A DNA stretch of 63,965 nucleotides, counting the filler, from Malassezia furfur (taxonomy: Eukaryota), in assembly GCA_052055015.1 (NCBI GenBank). It is 4 parts of 4 records of this genome, joined end to end, with 100 filler letters (N's around TTAATTAATTAA, not from the genome) between each part and the next. Parts side by side here need not be neighbours in the genome. Positions count along the whole stretch, not along the records: positions 50,168 to 63,965 come from JBQJIT010000300.1; 3 more parts are not named here. One strand, 5' to 3'. The notes under the pieces were generated by a model. That model made no database searches. It worked only from the letters and a program-made list of their open reading frames with translations, and was not told where the DNA came from. How positions within the stretch are numbered: position 1 is the first letter of the stretch; each line of letters opens with the position of its first letter. The translations under genes were made by a program, and so were the position numbers. Positions 53,542-63,965 of the stretch are shown here, in pieces.

Positions 53542-55383
53542 ATGTCAGCGCCCGAATGGCGATCGTCGGCGGCGGTGCCCATCCGGGCCCCGGATACGCC
53601 GATGCAAGAGGAAGACGGCGGGAAGGAGACGCGGAAGGGAACGTCGCTCTCGAATGTGTTGTCGAGCACGAATGCGAAGCTCGCTGAGCTGTCGTTCCAG
53701 CCGCGGAACGCGCAGCCGGCGATGCCCGCAAAGCTCGCCGAGGCACCCGTGTTTGTACCGCGGGGCGTAGGGACGCCGCGTGCGTCGTCTCCGGTGAAGG
53801 CGTATGAGGAGTACGTGCCTCCGCAGACGTATGAGGCATACGACCCCACGTATGACCCATCGGCGGCCCCATACGACGCGCACGCGTACGACGCGCCGCA
53901 CGGCGACGACGATCTGCTACCCGCGGTGCGTTATCCGCTACAGTACCACCTGTATGCGCCGCCGTTCCCGCATGTGAGCAACTTCCACCCGTCGCATCTG
54001 GCCGCGATGACCTTCTTTATGGACCCATCGATGCACGAGACGCTGCACCGGAAGCAAGAGGCGCTCTACACCACACGGCCCCAGGAGATCGGCGCGCCAC
54101 TTCCCGACACGCTGCACGTCTACCACCACCTCGTGCCGCTTGAGCCGGGCGCGAATCCGCCGCCCGCGACCTTGCTCGACCCCCGCTTCCAGAGTACGGG
54201 GGCCAAGCACGGCCTGACCGGCGCAGCAGGCGACCCGAGCCGCGTGTTTGGGCACCGCACCGACGTGTACAAGGCGACGTGTGTGCTTGACGGTAAGTGC
54301 TACGTGCTGCGGCGCGTCGAAAATTTCCGGCTGCAGCAGGAGGCGGCGATCACCACCGTTGAGCGCTGGCGCAAGATTCGGCACCCGTCGATCGTCGCGG
54401 TGCGCGAGGCGTTTACGACGCGCGCATTTGGCGACACGTCCATCGTATTTGTGTACGATTACCACCCCCTCGCGACCACGCTATATATGGAGCACATGAC
54501 CGTCAAGCCGCTCCAGCCTGACCGGCGCACCGGGCGGCTGCAGCCCGCGTCGATGCATGTGCCTGAGCGGGTGCTGTGGAGCTACCTGTGCCAGCTCGGC
54601 GCGCTGTTGCGCGTGATCCATGCCGCGGGCCTTGCGGCGCGGTGCATCGAGCCGAGCAAGGTGCTGCGCACCGGCACGCACCGCGTGCGCCTCGCCGGGT
54701 GCGCCGTGTTCGACGTGTTGCTCTACCAGGCGCACCCGCCCGCAGACGCGCTGCTGCAGCATCAGCGCGAGGATCTAGTGATGCTCGGCAAACTCATCTT
54801 GTGCACCGCGTGCAACAATGTCGCCGCGGGACACACGCCCGACGCGAGCATCGAGACGATGCGCAAGGGGTACGGCGCGGAGCTGGTCGAGCTCGTGACG
54901 CGCCTGCTGCACACACACGACGCAGACGCCTCCGAGCGGCTCACGGCCGACGGTCTCGTCCAGGCGCTTGCGCCGCACCTCGCCGACGAGCTCGGTGCGA
55001 GCTTCAATCACGCCGACATGCAGGAGGCGGCGCTCATGCGCGAGCTCGAAAATGGGCGGCTCGTGCGCCTGCTGTGCAAGCTGGATGCAGTGCACGACCG
55101 TCCGGAGTACGAGGGGAACGCACAGTACGCCGAGTCGGGCGAGCGCTACGCGCTCCGCCTTTTCCGCGACATGGTCTTCCACCCCGTCGACGAGCAGGGG
55201 CGGCCGGTGTTCGACTTGAGCCACGTGCTGGTGCACCTCAACAAGCTCGACGCGGGCATCGACGAGCGCATCATGCTCACCTCGCGCGACGAGCTTAGCT
55301 GCCTCGTCGTAACCTACGCCGAGATCAAAAAGATGGTCGAGGCTGCCTACGCCGAGCTGGCGCAACATAGCGAGACTAGGTAA
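53542..55383 (+). CDS. PAN3: PAN2-PAN3 deadenylase subunit Pan3
   Basis: PLQYHLYAP, AFTTRAFGD.S..FVYDYHP, ELENGRLVRLLCKL, ESGERY..LFRD..FH, LNKLDAG. Confidence 0.95.
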   Translation: MSAPEWRSSAAVPIRAPDTPMQEEDGGKETRKGTSLSNVLSSTNAKLAELSFQPRNAQPAMPAKLAEAPVFVPRGVGTPRASSPVKAYEEYVPPQTYEAYDPTYDPSAAPYDAHAYDAPHGDDDLLPAVRYPLQYHLYAPPFPHVSNFHPSHLAAMTFFMDPSMHETLHRKQEALYTTRPQEIGAPLPDTLHVYHHLVPLEPGANPPPATLLDPRFQSTGAKHGLTGAAGDPSRVFGHRTDVYKATCVLDGKCYVLRRVENFRLQQEAAITTVERWRKIRHPSIVAVREAFTTRAFGDTSIVFVYDYHPLATTLYMEHMTVKPLQPDRRTGRLQPASMHVPERVLWSYLCQLGALLRVIHAAGLAARCIEPSKVLRTGTHRVRLAGCAVFDVLLYQAHPPADALLQHQREDLVMLGKLILCTACNNVAAGHTPDASIETMRKGYGAELVELVTRLLHTHDADASERLTADGLVQALAPHLADELGASFNHADMQEAALMRELENGRLVRLLCKLDAVHDRPEYEGNAQYAESGERYALRLFRDMVFHPVDEQGRPVFDLSHVLVHLNKLDAGIDERIMLTSRDELSCLVVTYAEIKKMVEAAYAELAQHSETR

Positions 55384-56231
55384 ACCGCTGCCGTGCCATC
55401 TGCATGAGCCACCCAACGTCCACCTACCGAGCGCAGCATCGCCATCGTAGCCGCCTCTTTGCTTTGCAGCGCCGCGACCCGCTCGTTCCGCGCGGCCGCA
55501 CGCTCCGCGGCACGCTCCTCTTGCCGCCCCTGTCGCCGCTGCGCCTGCCGGTCGCGCTCCGCCAGCCTGGGTCAGCAAGTCACGCCCACGTACGCATCCT
55601 GGAAGCTGTTCCCGAGACCCAGTAGTGCATCAGTTGACATTGTGTCGCCCACGTCGTCGTCTACATCGCGCCGCTCGGCCATCGCGCGGTTCGACGCAGC
55701 GACTTCGCGCCGACGCTCACGCACTGCGTCGCGCCCGGTTGCACGCGGCGCCTGCTCCTCGGCCCATTCTTTCGCGTCACGCCGCTCAGCACGTCGCGCT
55801 CGCTGCGCCGCACGCCGCGCCTCTTCCTGGGCGCGCTCGCGCTCGTATTGCCGGTCAGCTGCCGAGCGCGGTGCGTCGGTGCGCGGCGCCGACGCGGCGC
55901 CTTGCGTGGTCCGCACCGGCGATGCACTGCGCGGCCGCGCACCAGGCCGCGGTGGTGATGCACTGCGCCGCAGTGCGCCTTCATCCGCAAAGCGCCAGCG
56001 GTACCGCGTGCCTTGCACCGGCGCAGCCGTCCCCGCATAGTAGCGGTCGCTCAGGCGCCCATCGTTCCACCGGCGCACGAACCGGGCAAAGTAGCGCCGC
56101 GCGTCTTCGCTGGGCATCTCGTCCAGGTAGTGGTCACGCTCCTCGAGCCATGCGCGGAACTCGCGCGCGCGTGCATAATACGCGTCGTACCCTAGCCGCG
56201 GCGCACCGTGGGGCAGCGCCGGCAGCGTCAT
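55376..56231 (-). CDS. Conserved Arg/Glu-rich nuclear protein (style cell-cycle inhibitor 1-like family)
   Basis: YY..EFRAWL..ARRYFARFVRRWNDGRLSDRYY..KEAATMAMLRSMARQRF. Introns 55567-55593 and 55400-55427. Confidence 0.75.
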
Positions 56232-56259
56232 GGGGATGTGGAGGGGGCGCAAAGCATGG

Positions 56260-58225
56260 CTACGCTACGGGAGACATACTGAACAGCTCGCCCTCGGCCT
56301 CGCTCGGCGGCGAGGTCGTCGCGTGCACCGAGAGCGCCTGCGCGCCTGCGCGCTCTGGCATGTGTGTATCCAGTGAGAGCGATTGCATCCCACGTGCAAC
56401 GTCCGGCGGCGCCGCTGCCGACGACGCGGGCGAGGGTACATCCGACTCGTCGTCGTCCGGCGCGGCCGCGGTGCCGCGCACCGGCGCAGGTGACGCAGGA
56501 ACGGAGCGCGCGGAGCGCATCGGCATGGGCATGTACGGCGGCATCATGGGCGTCATACCGGGGGGCACCATCATGCCGAACGGCATCAACGCCGCCGGCC
56601 CCAGCTCGGTGCGCGGCGCGCGCTCGGGGGTGGTGCCGCGCGGCAAACCTGGCGCCGGAGTCGTCGGCGGTGCAAACATCGCAGGGTTGGGTGGGTATGT
56701 GACACCCTGCATTGCAGCGGCGCCATAATGCTTGCTGAAGTCGTCGAGCGGCACGGCGCCACTCGCCCCAAACGGCTCGCGCGGCGCATGCCGGGGCAGG
56801 GAGCGCGAGCCCGTTGACGTGTCGTGGTGCCGCCGCGAGCTGGGGAAGTCGGGTGCGCGGGAAAGGCCGTCCTCGCGCTCCTCGCAAAGCTCGTCGAGGA
56901 GTGCTGTCGCACGGGCACTGCGGTTCGACAGCAGGCGCCCTGCGCGCATAAACTCGCCACGGATCGTATAGAGGCCATCTTTGGTAACGGTGCGCGACAC
57001 ATTGTACCCGTGTTGGAACGGGTCTTCGATGCACAGATGCTCGCCGCTCCACCCTCGCGACTCTTTCGTGACGAGGCCCGCCTCGGTGTGGATGGAGATG
57101 GCGTCTTTCGCGTAGTTAAAGTCGCGTGAAAAGTACCGGAAGAAGTCGAGCATCAGTTCGCCGACCGAGTCGGTGCACAGCGAATGCCACTCGCGCCGGA
57201 GCGTGTCGATATCGTCGTAAAAGTACACATTGCACCCGTCCAGCTCCGCCTCCTCCGGCGCGAGCGGCCGCCCGGGCGGGATGCGCTGCAGATTCGGCAG
57301 CACGTTGGGGCGCCGCACATGGATCAGGTAAAAGAGGACGAGCAGCGTGTAACCGTACGAGGACAGCGTGCCCGTGTACGGCGAGTTAAGTTTCCGCCGC
57401 TTGGTCCACACTTTGAGGAAGAGGACGAGCGTGCGCAGCCGCGCAGGGTCGATCATCGCGTAAGACAGCAGCAGGCGTGTATTCTCCAGTGCGACCTGGT
57501 TGTCGAAGCCAATATCGCACGCAATGTCGCACGGCACCTCGCTCGTCGCGCGCCGGCTGATCTTGATGATGGGGATCCGTGCCTTAGGCAGCGGCAGGAC
57601 CTGGAAGTCGGTTTCTGTATGAGCACGCCACGTACCTTTGCGGATTAGCTCTCCTAAGATCTCGACCATCTCGGACGCGCTCCGGTGCGCGTCGTGCGCG
57701 TCGTCGTCGCCATGAGGGATCATACAGCACAGGTCCATGTCTGGGTCAGTGGCGCAACGTACCTGAATTGCGCAACGCAAAACCGTTTGCCATGCTCCCA
57801 AATGCGAGTAAACGTGCACCGGGGCACACACGCGCCGCGAGCTGCTCGAGCTGCCGCCGCGTTGCCTCCTTAATCTTGTATTCGCGGTCCGTCGGAAGCA
57901 TCGGCTCGAGGATCTCGATCATCGCGCGCGCGAGATCGGCCGTATGCCGCTCGTAGGTCTGCATACCGCTCCCAACAGGGCCGCGCGAGCGTCCACGCGG
58001 CTGCGCACCAAGCGCGCTGCCGGCACGATCCGCGGGCGGTGCTGGGACGCGAAACGTTTCGCGTCCATACGGCCCGTGCATCGGTGCATGCGGTAGGTGC
58101 GGATCGGACGATACGGACCGTGGTCTTCGAGGAATGGCATCACCCCACACCGGGCTGCCCGCTCCCGGGGGCAGCTGCACGGCGTGCATTGTTACCGGCA
58201 CAACGTGGGCTGGCGCCGGCTCCAT
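56260..58225 (-). CDS. Cid1-family terminal nucleotidyltransferase (poly(U)/poly(A) polymerase)
   Basis: FGSMANGFALRNSDMDL (after intron 57741-57762), ARIPIIK, CDIGF, GTLSSYGY, CIEDPF..YNV. Confidence 0.9.
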
Positions 58226-58450
58226 GGTCGAGGCGGGGTGGGCGTAAATGGAGGTGCGTATCGGGGGAGATCGGACTACGCTACAAGAGGGGTAGCGCGC
58301 ACGTACGGAACCAGCGCCATACGCGCGGTACAGACGACGTGTGCGTTTGCGCACACGCACATGCACGGGTTATGGCCGCGCACACGCGGCGCGCGCGCAG
58401 CGCTCGCACCGGTAGGCGAGCGGCGCAGGGTATGTGATCAGGATCGGGCG

Positions 58451-58753
58451 CTAGGCCTCCTGGAGCTCGGCGCGCAGCTGGTCACGCTCTTCCTTCGACA
58501 CCTGCGTAAGTATGCGATGCAGATGATGTGCTCAACGTACCTTCCAGAACCGGTTCTTGCGCGGGACGTATGGCACGAGGCGCACGTTACTCGGCAAGTC
58601 GACGCTTTGGAGCTTCTCGAGCACGGTCGGCGCGGCGGGTGCGGGCGTCGCGCGCTTGGCGGTCTCCGCTGCCTGGCGCGTCACCGCCTGGTGGATGCGC
58701 AGGTTTTGCGGCAACGGCCGGATGTGCAACAACCGGGGCACACTCGCCAGCAT
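58451..58753 (-). CDS. Small (87 aa) hypothetical protein with a mitochondrial presequence-like N-terminus
   Basis: MLASVPRLLHIRP..LPSNVRLVPYVPRKNRFWK|VSKEERDQLRAELQEA*. Intron 58502-58540 has a CTTAC branch site. Confidence 0.6.
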
Positions 58754-58819
58754 CGTCGCAGGACGAAGAAAAGCGCACGTGACGTACGCGTTCCGGTCTG
58801 TGCGCCGCCCACGAGCGTG

Positions 58820-61800
58820 ATGTTGGCGCGGCTGCTGGCGTATTGCGTCGAGCAGATCGCGCTTGATGGCGAACAGGGTAGGTAACATACAATCGCTTAT
58901 GTTAGGCACGGACGTAGAACGTGTGTTTGCGTTCGCGGCCGAGTGCACCGCGCAGAGAGGTGTGCGCGTGGTCCTGGACGCACCCTATCGTGCTTACGTT
59001 TGGGAGGCGCTTGTCGCGCATCCCGACGTGTACGTGGGCGTGGCAACAAAACGAGCCACGCAGAAGAATGAGAGAAGAACCTCGGTGCTTGGCAAGGCGA
59101 AGCCTGCGTCGCTCGCGCCTGACCGCATCGCGCCAGGGCCGCTGGCGGCCCTGCAGGATATGCATGGCGATGCGCTGCGCATCGCCGTCGATGTGCAGCG
59201 TGTGCGGCGCCTGCTGACGGGTACGGATGACGAGAACTACCTGTCGCCCGCCGCCTATGTGGTGCTGCAGCATGTGAGCCGCGCACGCGCCACCGGACTC
59301 ACCGTCGTAGAGCTGGGCAAGGTGACGCATTATGACCAGAAGACAGTGTTTTACCTCGTCAAGGCGCTGGTAGAACGCGACATGGTGTACGTTGCGCGAC
59401 TGATGCAGGGCCAAGTTTGCCGCGCCCGAGATGGGGCACGTGTCCAACTACGTCGTGGGCAAGGCCTTCTTGGCGGACAACCCCCAGTGGCAGGCGCAGC
59501 AGAACGCGCCGGGCGACGCGGCACATGCCGAGGATGCGCAGCCCAAGTGGGTGGATGTTGACCGCCTTGCGACGATTGAGCAGCAGCGCGAAAGCGACGA
59601 CGAGGACGACGACGCTTTGCCCGAGCTGGCGGTCGAGGGCCCCACGAGCGAGGGGTCCGATATGCTTGCCTTCCCCCTGTTGTCTGAGGAGCAGAGCAAG
59701 GTGTGGCTGCACAGCCGGCAGGACTTGCTGCGCCAACGGTTGTTTGCGCTGCTGCGTGCGTCGCCCGCACACATGACTCCGCACCGGCTGCTCGCGACGC
59801 GCCTCGGCCTGCGGTCCGTGCCTGGGACGAAACGTGCGCTGATCGCGTTTTTGAACCGCAACGTCGCGGCCGGGTACGTGGAGCGCATGCGTGTACAGCT
59901 CGGCCACTTGACGCCGCTGTACCTGCGCGCGACCGAGCGCGGCCTACACGCGCTGCCCGACGACGGCGCCGCCGACGCGGCATCGGACGTGTCGCTCGCC
60001 TCGTGGACTATCGAACGCGAGACGAGCGTGGAGCAGCAGCTGGTGTACTACATTTCCGCATGCGGGCCGCGCGGATGCACGCTGCATGAGCTCGCGACGC
60101 ACTTCCACGCGTCCACGGACGTGAAGCGCATGATCGAGCAGATTCTTTCGCGGCAGACCGCCCCGCCGTACACACCGCTCACCATCTGTGCGCCGTTTGA
60201 GCAAGAAGGGCGTGAGCGGCGTATCCGGTACTATACGTTTGCCGCTTTCCAGGTGCGGTGCGCCGAGGACGGCGTCGACCTGGCCGCTGCGCTGGGACTC
60301 ACGCCCCACGCGCCAATCCCAACGGCCGCAGCGGCGCTGCCGCCGACGCTTCCAGGTGAGGCGGCGTTTGTCGATACCGATGCGTATGCTGCGGCGCTTG
60401 CGGGCCTGCAACGGCATGAGCTCGGTTTCTTCCGCGACGCAGCGGGACCGGTGGCGCTGCACAAACGCAAGGCGACCAACGTCGACCCAGTGACCGGGCG
60501 GCCGAAGCGTGGGCGGCCGCGCAAGATCAAGGCGGAGGACCATCCTACGCCCGCAGCCGAGACGGCGGCCGAGGCGCCTACGCCGGCCCCCGTGCCGCCC
60601 GTGGCGGCGGCGCCGCGTGTGCCTGACGCGTGGGCGCAGCTGCAGCCGGCGCCCGTGCGCGCCGATGCGCGGCGCACCAACATGAGCACGTTTCACCGGA
60701 GTACGCTGTTGCTCTCGGCCGTGGAGAACGCGGGCGGCGCCGTCGACGAGCTCGATGTGCCGCGCCTTTTGCAGCATGCCGAGGGCCCCGACCTGGCCGA
60801 CCGCACAACGCGCACCAAGGTGATTGACGAGGCGGTGCGCCGCGGGCTGCTGCGCACGACCAAGGTGCAGCGCGATGCCGGCGACGCCCACCGCCAGCGC
60901 ACGATTTTGTACCTGCCGACGCTTGCGGCCGATCAGCTACAGGCCGTGGTGCGGGCCGTGGTGCAGGGCCGCAGTGCGAGCCGTGCTGGCATCACGAAAC
61001 GCACCAACGTCACGGGCGCCGAGGTGGGACTGCTCGATGCGGCGCCCGCGACGCTGCCGTGGGCGACGTCAGACAAGGTGCCTATCGCGCCAGCCGACGA
61101 GGGTGGCGCCCCCCTGCCTGATCCGGCTGACGATCCCGCGACGCGGCACGCGTTTGCGCGGCTGTCTCACGTGCTGCGCGCGTTCTATGGCTTTGTCCAC
61201 GGCGCGGCGGCGCGACTGCATCTCTTCCATGTGGCGGCGGCAACGCAGTCCACATCGCCGATCGTCGACCTCGCTTGGTTCTGGACCGCGTGCCCGGTGT
61301 GGACCTATGTCGCGCTCGTACCCGTTAAGCTACGCACACGCACGGTGGTGCGTACGGTGCTGAGCGAGGCGGCACGCACCATGCCCGTGCACGAGCTGCC
61401 CGAGCCGGTGGCCCAGCGACTCGGCCTGCGCCGCATCAAGGCACATGCCCTGCGCTTCCAGAGCTATGCCGAGCAGCTTGTATCGCTCGGCGTCGCCGTG
61501 CGCGAGGGCGCCGAACGGTACCGGCTGTGCACCGACGCCAATGTCGACGGTACGTCATATGATTTGCGCACGCGTGAGGGACTGGATATGTATTGGGCGG
61601 CGCTGCGCGCAGCGTATGCACCGGCAGGTGGCGACGAGGGCGAGGGTGAGAGCGCGGGCGGCGCGGAGGAGAACGGCCGCGCGGCGGAGCGCGCGCGTAC
61701 GCCCCCCCGCCTGCCGTTCCTGCGCATGCACCACGCGTGGCAGGACACGTTCCACCTGCGGCGCCCGCAGAAGGCGTTCCTGCGGCGCTACTCCCAGCAC

Positions 61801-63786
61801 GAGCCGACCGATGCGCTGGTCGCGCGCCTTGCGCATGCGTGCCTCGCGCCGGTCGAGGCGGTGGCTGCGTTCCTGCGCATGCCGCGACGCACGGCGCGTC
61901 CCGTGCGCGACGTCCTTGCCGAGAAAGTCGCGGCGCGGCGTGCCCAGCGCGCGACCGAGTTTGACGCACTGCTCGCCGCCGAGCAGGCGGAGCACACGGT
62001 TGCGCCTGAGCGGCAACCGGCCGTCGAGCGTCTGCTTGCGCAGCACCGCCGGCGGTACCTGCATGGCCGCGACGCGCTCAGCCCTGCTGAGCTGCAGGCG
62101 CGGCTGCGGTCGACACTCGCGGCCCGCCCGGCCCGCCGCAGCCGCGCAGGTGTGCGGCGGCGCGCGCGGCGCACGCTGGCTTGGACGCACGAGCGTCAGG
62201 AGCTGCTGCGCGATGCGTACGTCGTGCTGTACGAGGCACACGCCCGCCGCGGGGGCACACGCGCCGCACCGGACCCCGCACCGCTGCTGCAGCTTGTCGA
62301 GGCGCCGGACGACGACACGGGCGCCGCCGCCTGGGCGACATGGCGCGCGCGCTGGAAGCAGCTCGTGCACACCCCTAGCGAGGTCGCGACGCTCCGGGCG
62401 CTGGTGCGCGCATGGGCGCCGCTTGCGGATGCGGCGCGCGCCGACGGCACCTTGCCGCCGCTCGAGGCACCGGCCGACGTTTCGCGCGCCATTGCGCATC
62501 TGCGCGCGCACCTCGACAAGCCCGCCGCGCTTGCCGATGCGGGCGCCGCGCGCGACGTTGCCCTCCCGCGCACAGTGCAGGCCGCCGATGCGGCACGCTG
62601 GGTGCCATTGGTGCCCCGCACGTCGCTCGCCCTGGCCAACGCCAACCAGCCGATGGTGCATCGGGTGCACGCGCAACGCAGCCATGCCGCGAGCGTCGCG
62701 ACGTTTGCCGCGCCGCGTGCACGGGCGCCGTCGCCCGACCTCGCGGCGTGCCTCGCCGAGGCCAGCGTGCGCATGGCCGTCGGCGCTGCGCCGGGCGCAC
62801 TGGCGCACCTGGTGGACGTGCTCGGCGACGCGGCGGTCGACGCGGCCGTTGCGCAGCTCGTGGCACGGCGCGTCGTGCGCGTTGTTGGCGAGCGCCAGGG
62901 GCGTGTGCAGCTCGCGTTTGCCGACGAGCACGCGCGCGCGTTGCAGGAGCCCATCGCCCGTACGACCTTCCGCGACGCCCAACGCGCCACGGCGGCGCTC
63001 GGTCAGGATGGCGGCGCGACGGCGCTCCCGTGCGCCACCGACGGCGAGACAGCCGCGTACCTTGCGTGGCTCGACACGGGCGCCGTACGTGCCGAGGTCG
63101 ACGTAGCACCGCTCGTTGAGCTGCGCAAGCGCACACAGCTCAACGCACGCACGCTGGACGACGCCGAGACCGAGTGCCGCATCGCGCTGCGCCCCACGGC
63201 AGCGATCGATGCGCGCGTCGTCGTGCCGGAGCCCGTCGCGGTGGAGGCACCGGCGGAAGAGGCAGCGAGCCGCGCCGTGCCGGCGGCACTCGCCGAGGCG
63301 CTGGCGGATGCCGGCGCGGAAGGCGTGTGTGTCGCGGCCCTAAACGAAGCACAGCGGCGCGCGGCGGCCACGGCACTGGACGACGCTCTGCCCACGATCG
63401 CATGCGTCGGCTGGGACGATGCACGGATCGTGGCGCGGGCGCACCTGGCTGCATGGACGCTGCCCACCGACGTGGCGGGCAACGGCGCACGGTTCGTGCC
63501 GAGCGCATGGCGCGACGTGCACGGCGCGGTGCGGCGCGACGTGTGGCTGCAGCGTGCGGCACTGGTGCATGCATGGTGCGTCGCGCGCGCGGGTGTGTCG
63601 CTCGCGCACCTCGTTACGCAGCTTGCGCCTGCGCTCGACCGACGCGAGGTGGTCGAGGTGGTCGACGCGCTGGCCGCTGCGCAGCTCGTGCATGTACGCG
63701 CGCCTGGGGCGTGGCGCGTGACATGCGACGCAGACGTCGTACTCGAGGGCGGCGCCGCGCCGTGGTGGTCCATGAGTTTCCCATAA
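58820..63786 (+). CDS. TFC3: TFIIIC B-block-binding subunit (tau138/Sfc3)
   Basis: VEQIALDGEQG N-terminus, B-block domain VLQHVSRARATG..LGKVTHYDQKTVFYLVKAL, AT-hook KRGRPRK. Introns 58878-58905 and 59387-59408. Confidence 0.85.
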
Positions 63787-63805
63787 CCAATTGTACTGTA
63801 CAACC

Positions 63806-63965
63806 CTATAGTTCTTGTGGAGGCGGCGGCGCGCGCGGCGAGCCGAGCGCCGCGATGCTGCTGCGCTTGCCGACGCCCGTGCGCTGGTCGAGTGCGGCGC
63901 GCAACACACGGTAGCGCCCGTCGGTGCCGCGCAGCTCGGCGTGGGCGTCGCGGGCCGCATCGGGC
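63806..63965 (-). CDS. C-terminal fragment of an unidentified gene entering from the window end
   Basis: Open frame ..DAHAELRGTDGRYRVLRAALDQR..PPPPQEL* converging on TFC3. Confidence 0.45.
   Translation of the reverse strand, partial: PDAARDAHAELRGTDGRYRVLRAALDQRTGVGKRSSIAALGSPRAPPPPQEL

Noticed and set aside
2121..63960. Hundreds of long overlapping Arg/Ala/Pro-rich ORFs in alternative frames
   Set aside because: Shadow ORFs expected from high GC and strong third-position bias. They carry no recognisable domains.
1..63965. Apparent frameshifts, pseudogenes or programmed frameshifting in many genes
   Set aside because: Each break I examined is resolved by a consensus GT-AG micro-intron with a branch motif.
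1..63965. CRISPR arrays, transposons, prokaryotic defence systems, tRNA or rRNA genes
   Set aside because: None seen. The content is eukaryotic housekeeping genes.

Overview
Eukaryotic, very GC-rich and extremely gene-dense fungal sequence. Gene content, basidiomycete-like proteins, tiny intergenic spaces and tiny introns point to a Malassezia-type yeast (inference; species not determined). The window is four contigs joined by 100-nt N/TTAATTAATTAA spacers (16680-16779, 33420-33519, 50068-50167). I reconstructed about 45 protein-coding genes by hand. Most are conserved housekeeping genes whose ORFs are broken by GT-AG introns that the six-frame track does not model. Main signals: (1) 59 coding-region introns with mode 22 nt, median 24 nt and a hard floor at 21 nt; all seven 21-nt introns have the branch A at position 16. 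(2) A U6 snRNA gene (13862-13983, minus) with a 6-nt ISL loop and an extra GNRA hairpin before the U-tail. (3) Two box C/D snoRNAs in back-to-back 5'-UTR introns separated by a zero-nucleotide exon (TAG|GTATGT), which suggests recursive splicing. (4) An unassigned four-way-junction RNA structure between RPS9 and IWS1. (5) A Cwh8/Cax4 PAP2 phosphatase fused to a Rib2-type deaminase. (6) A stand-alone Est3/TPP1 OB-fold protein. (7) A start codon split by an intron. All splicing and structure calls are manual and not confirmed by RNA data.
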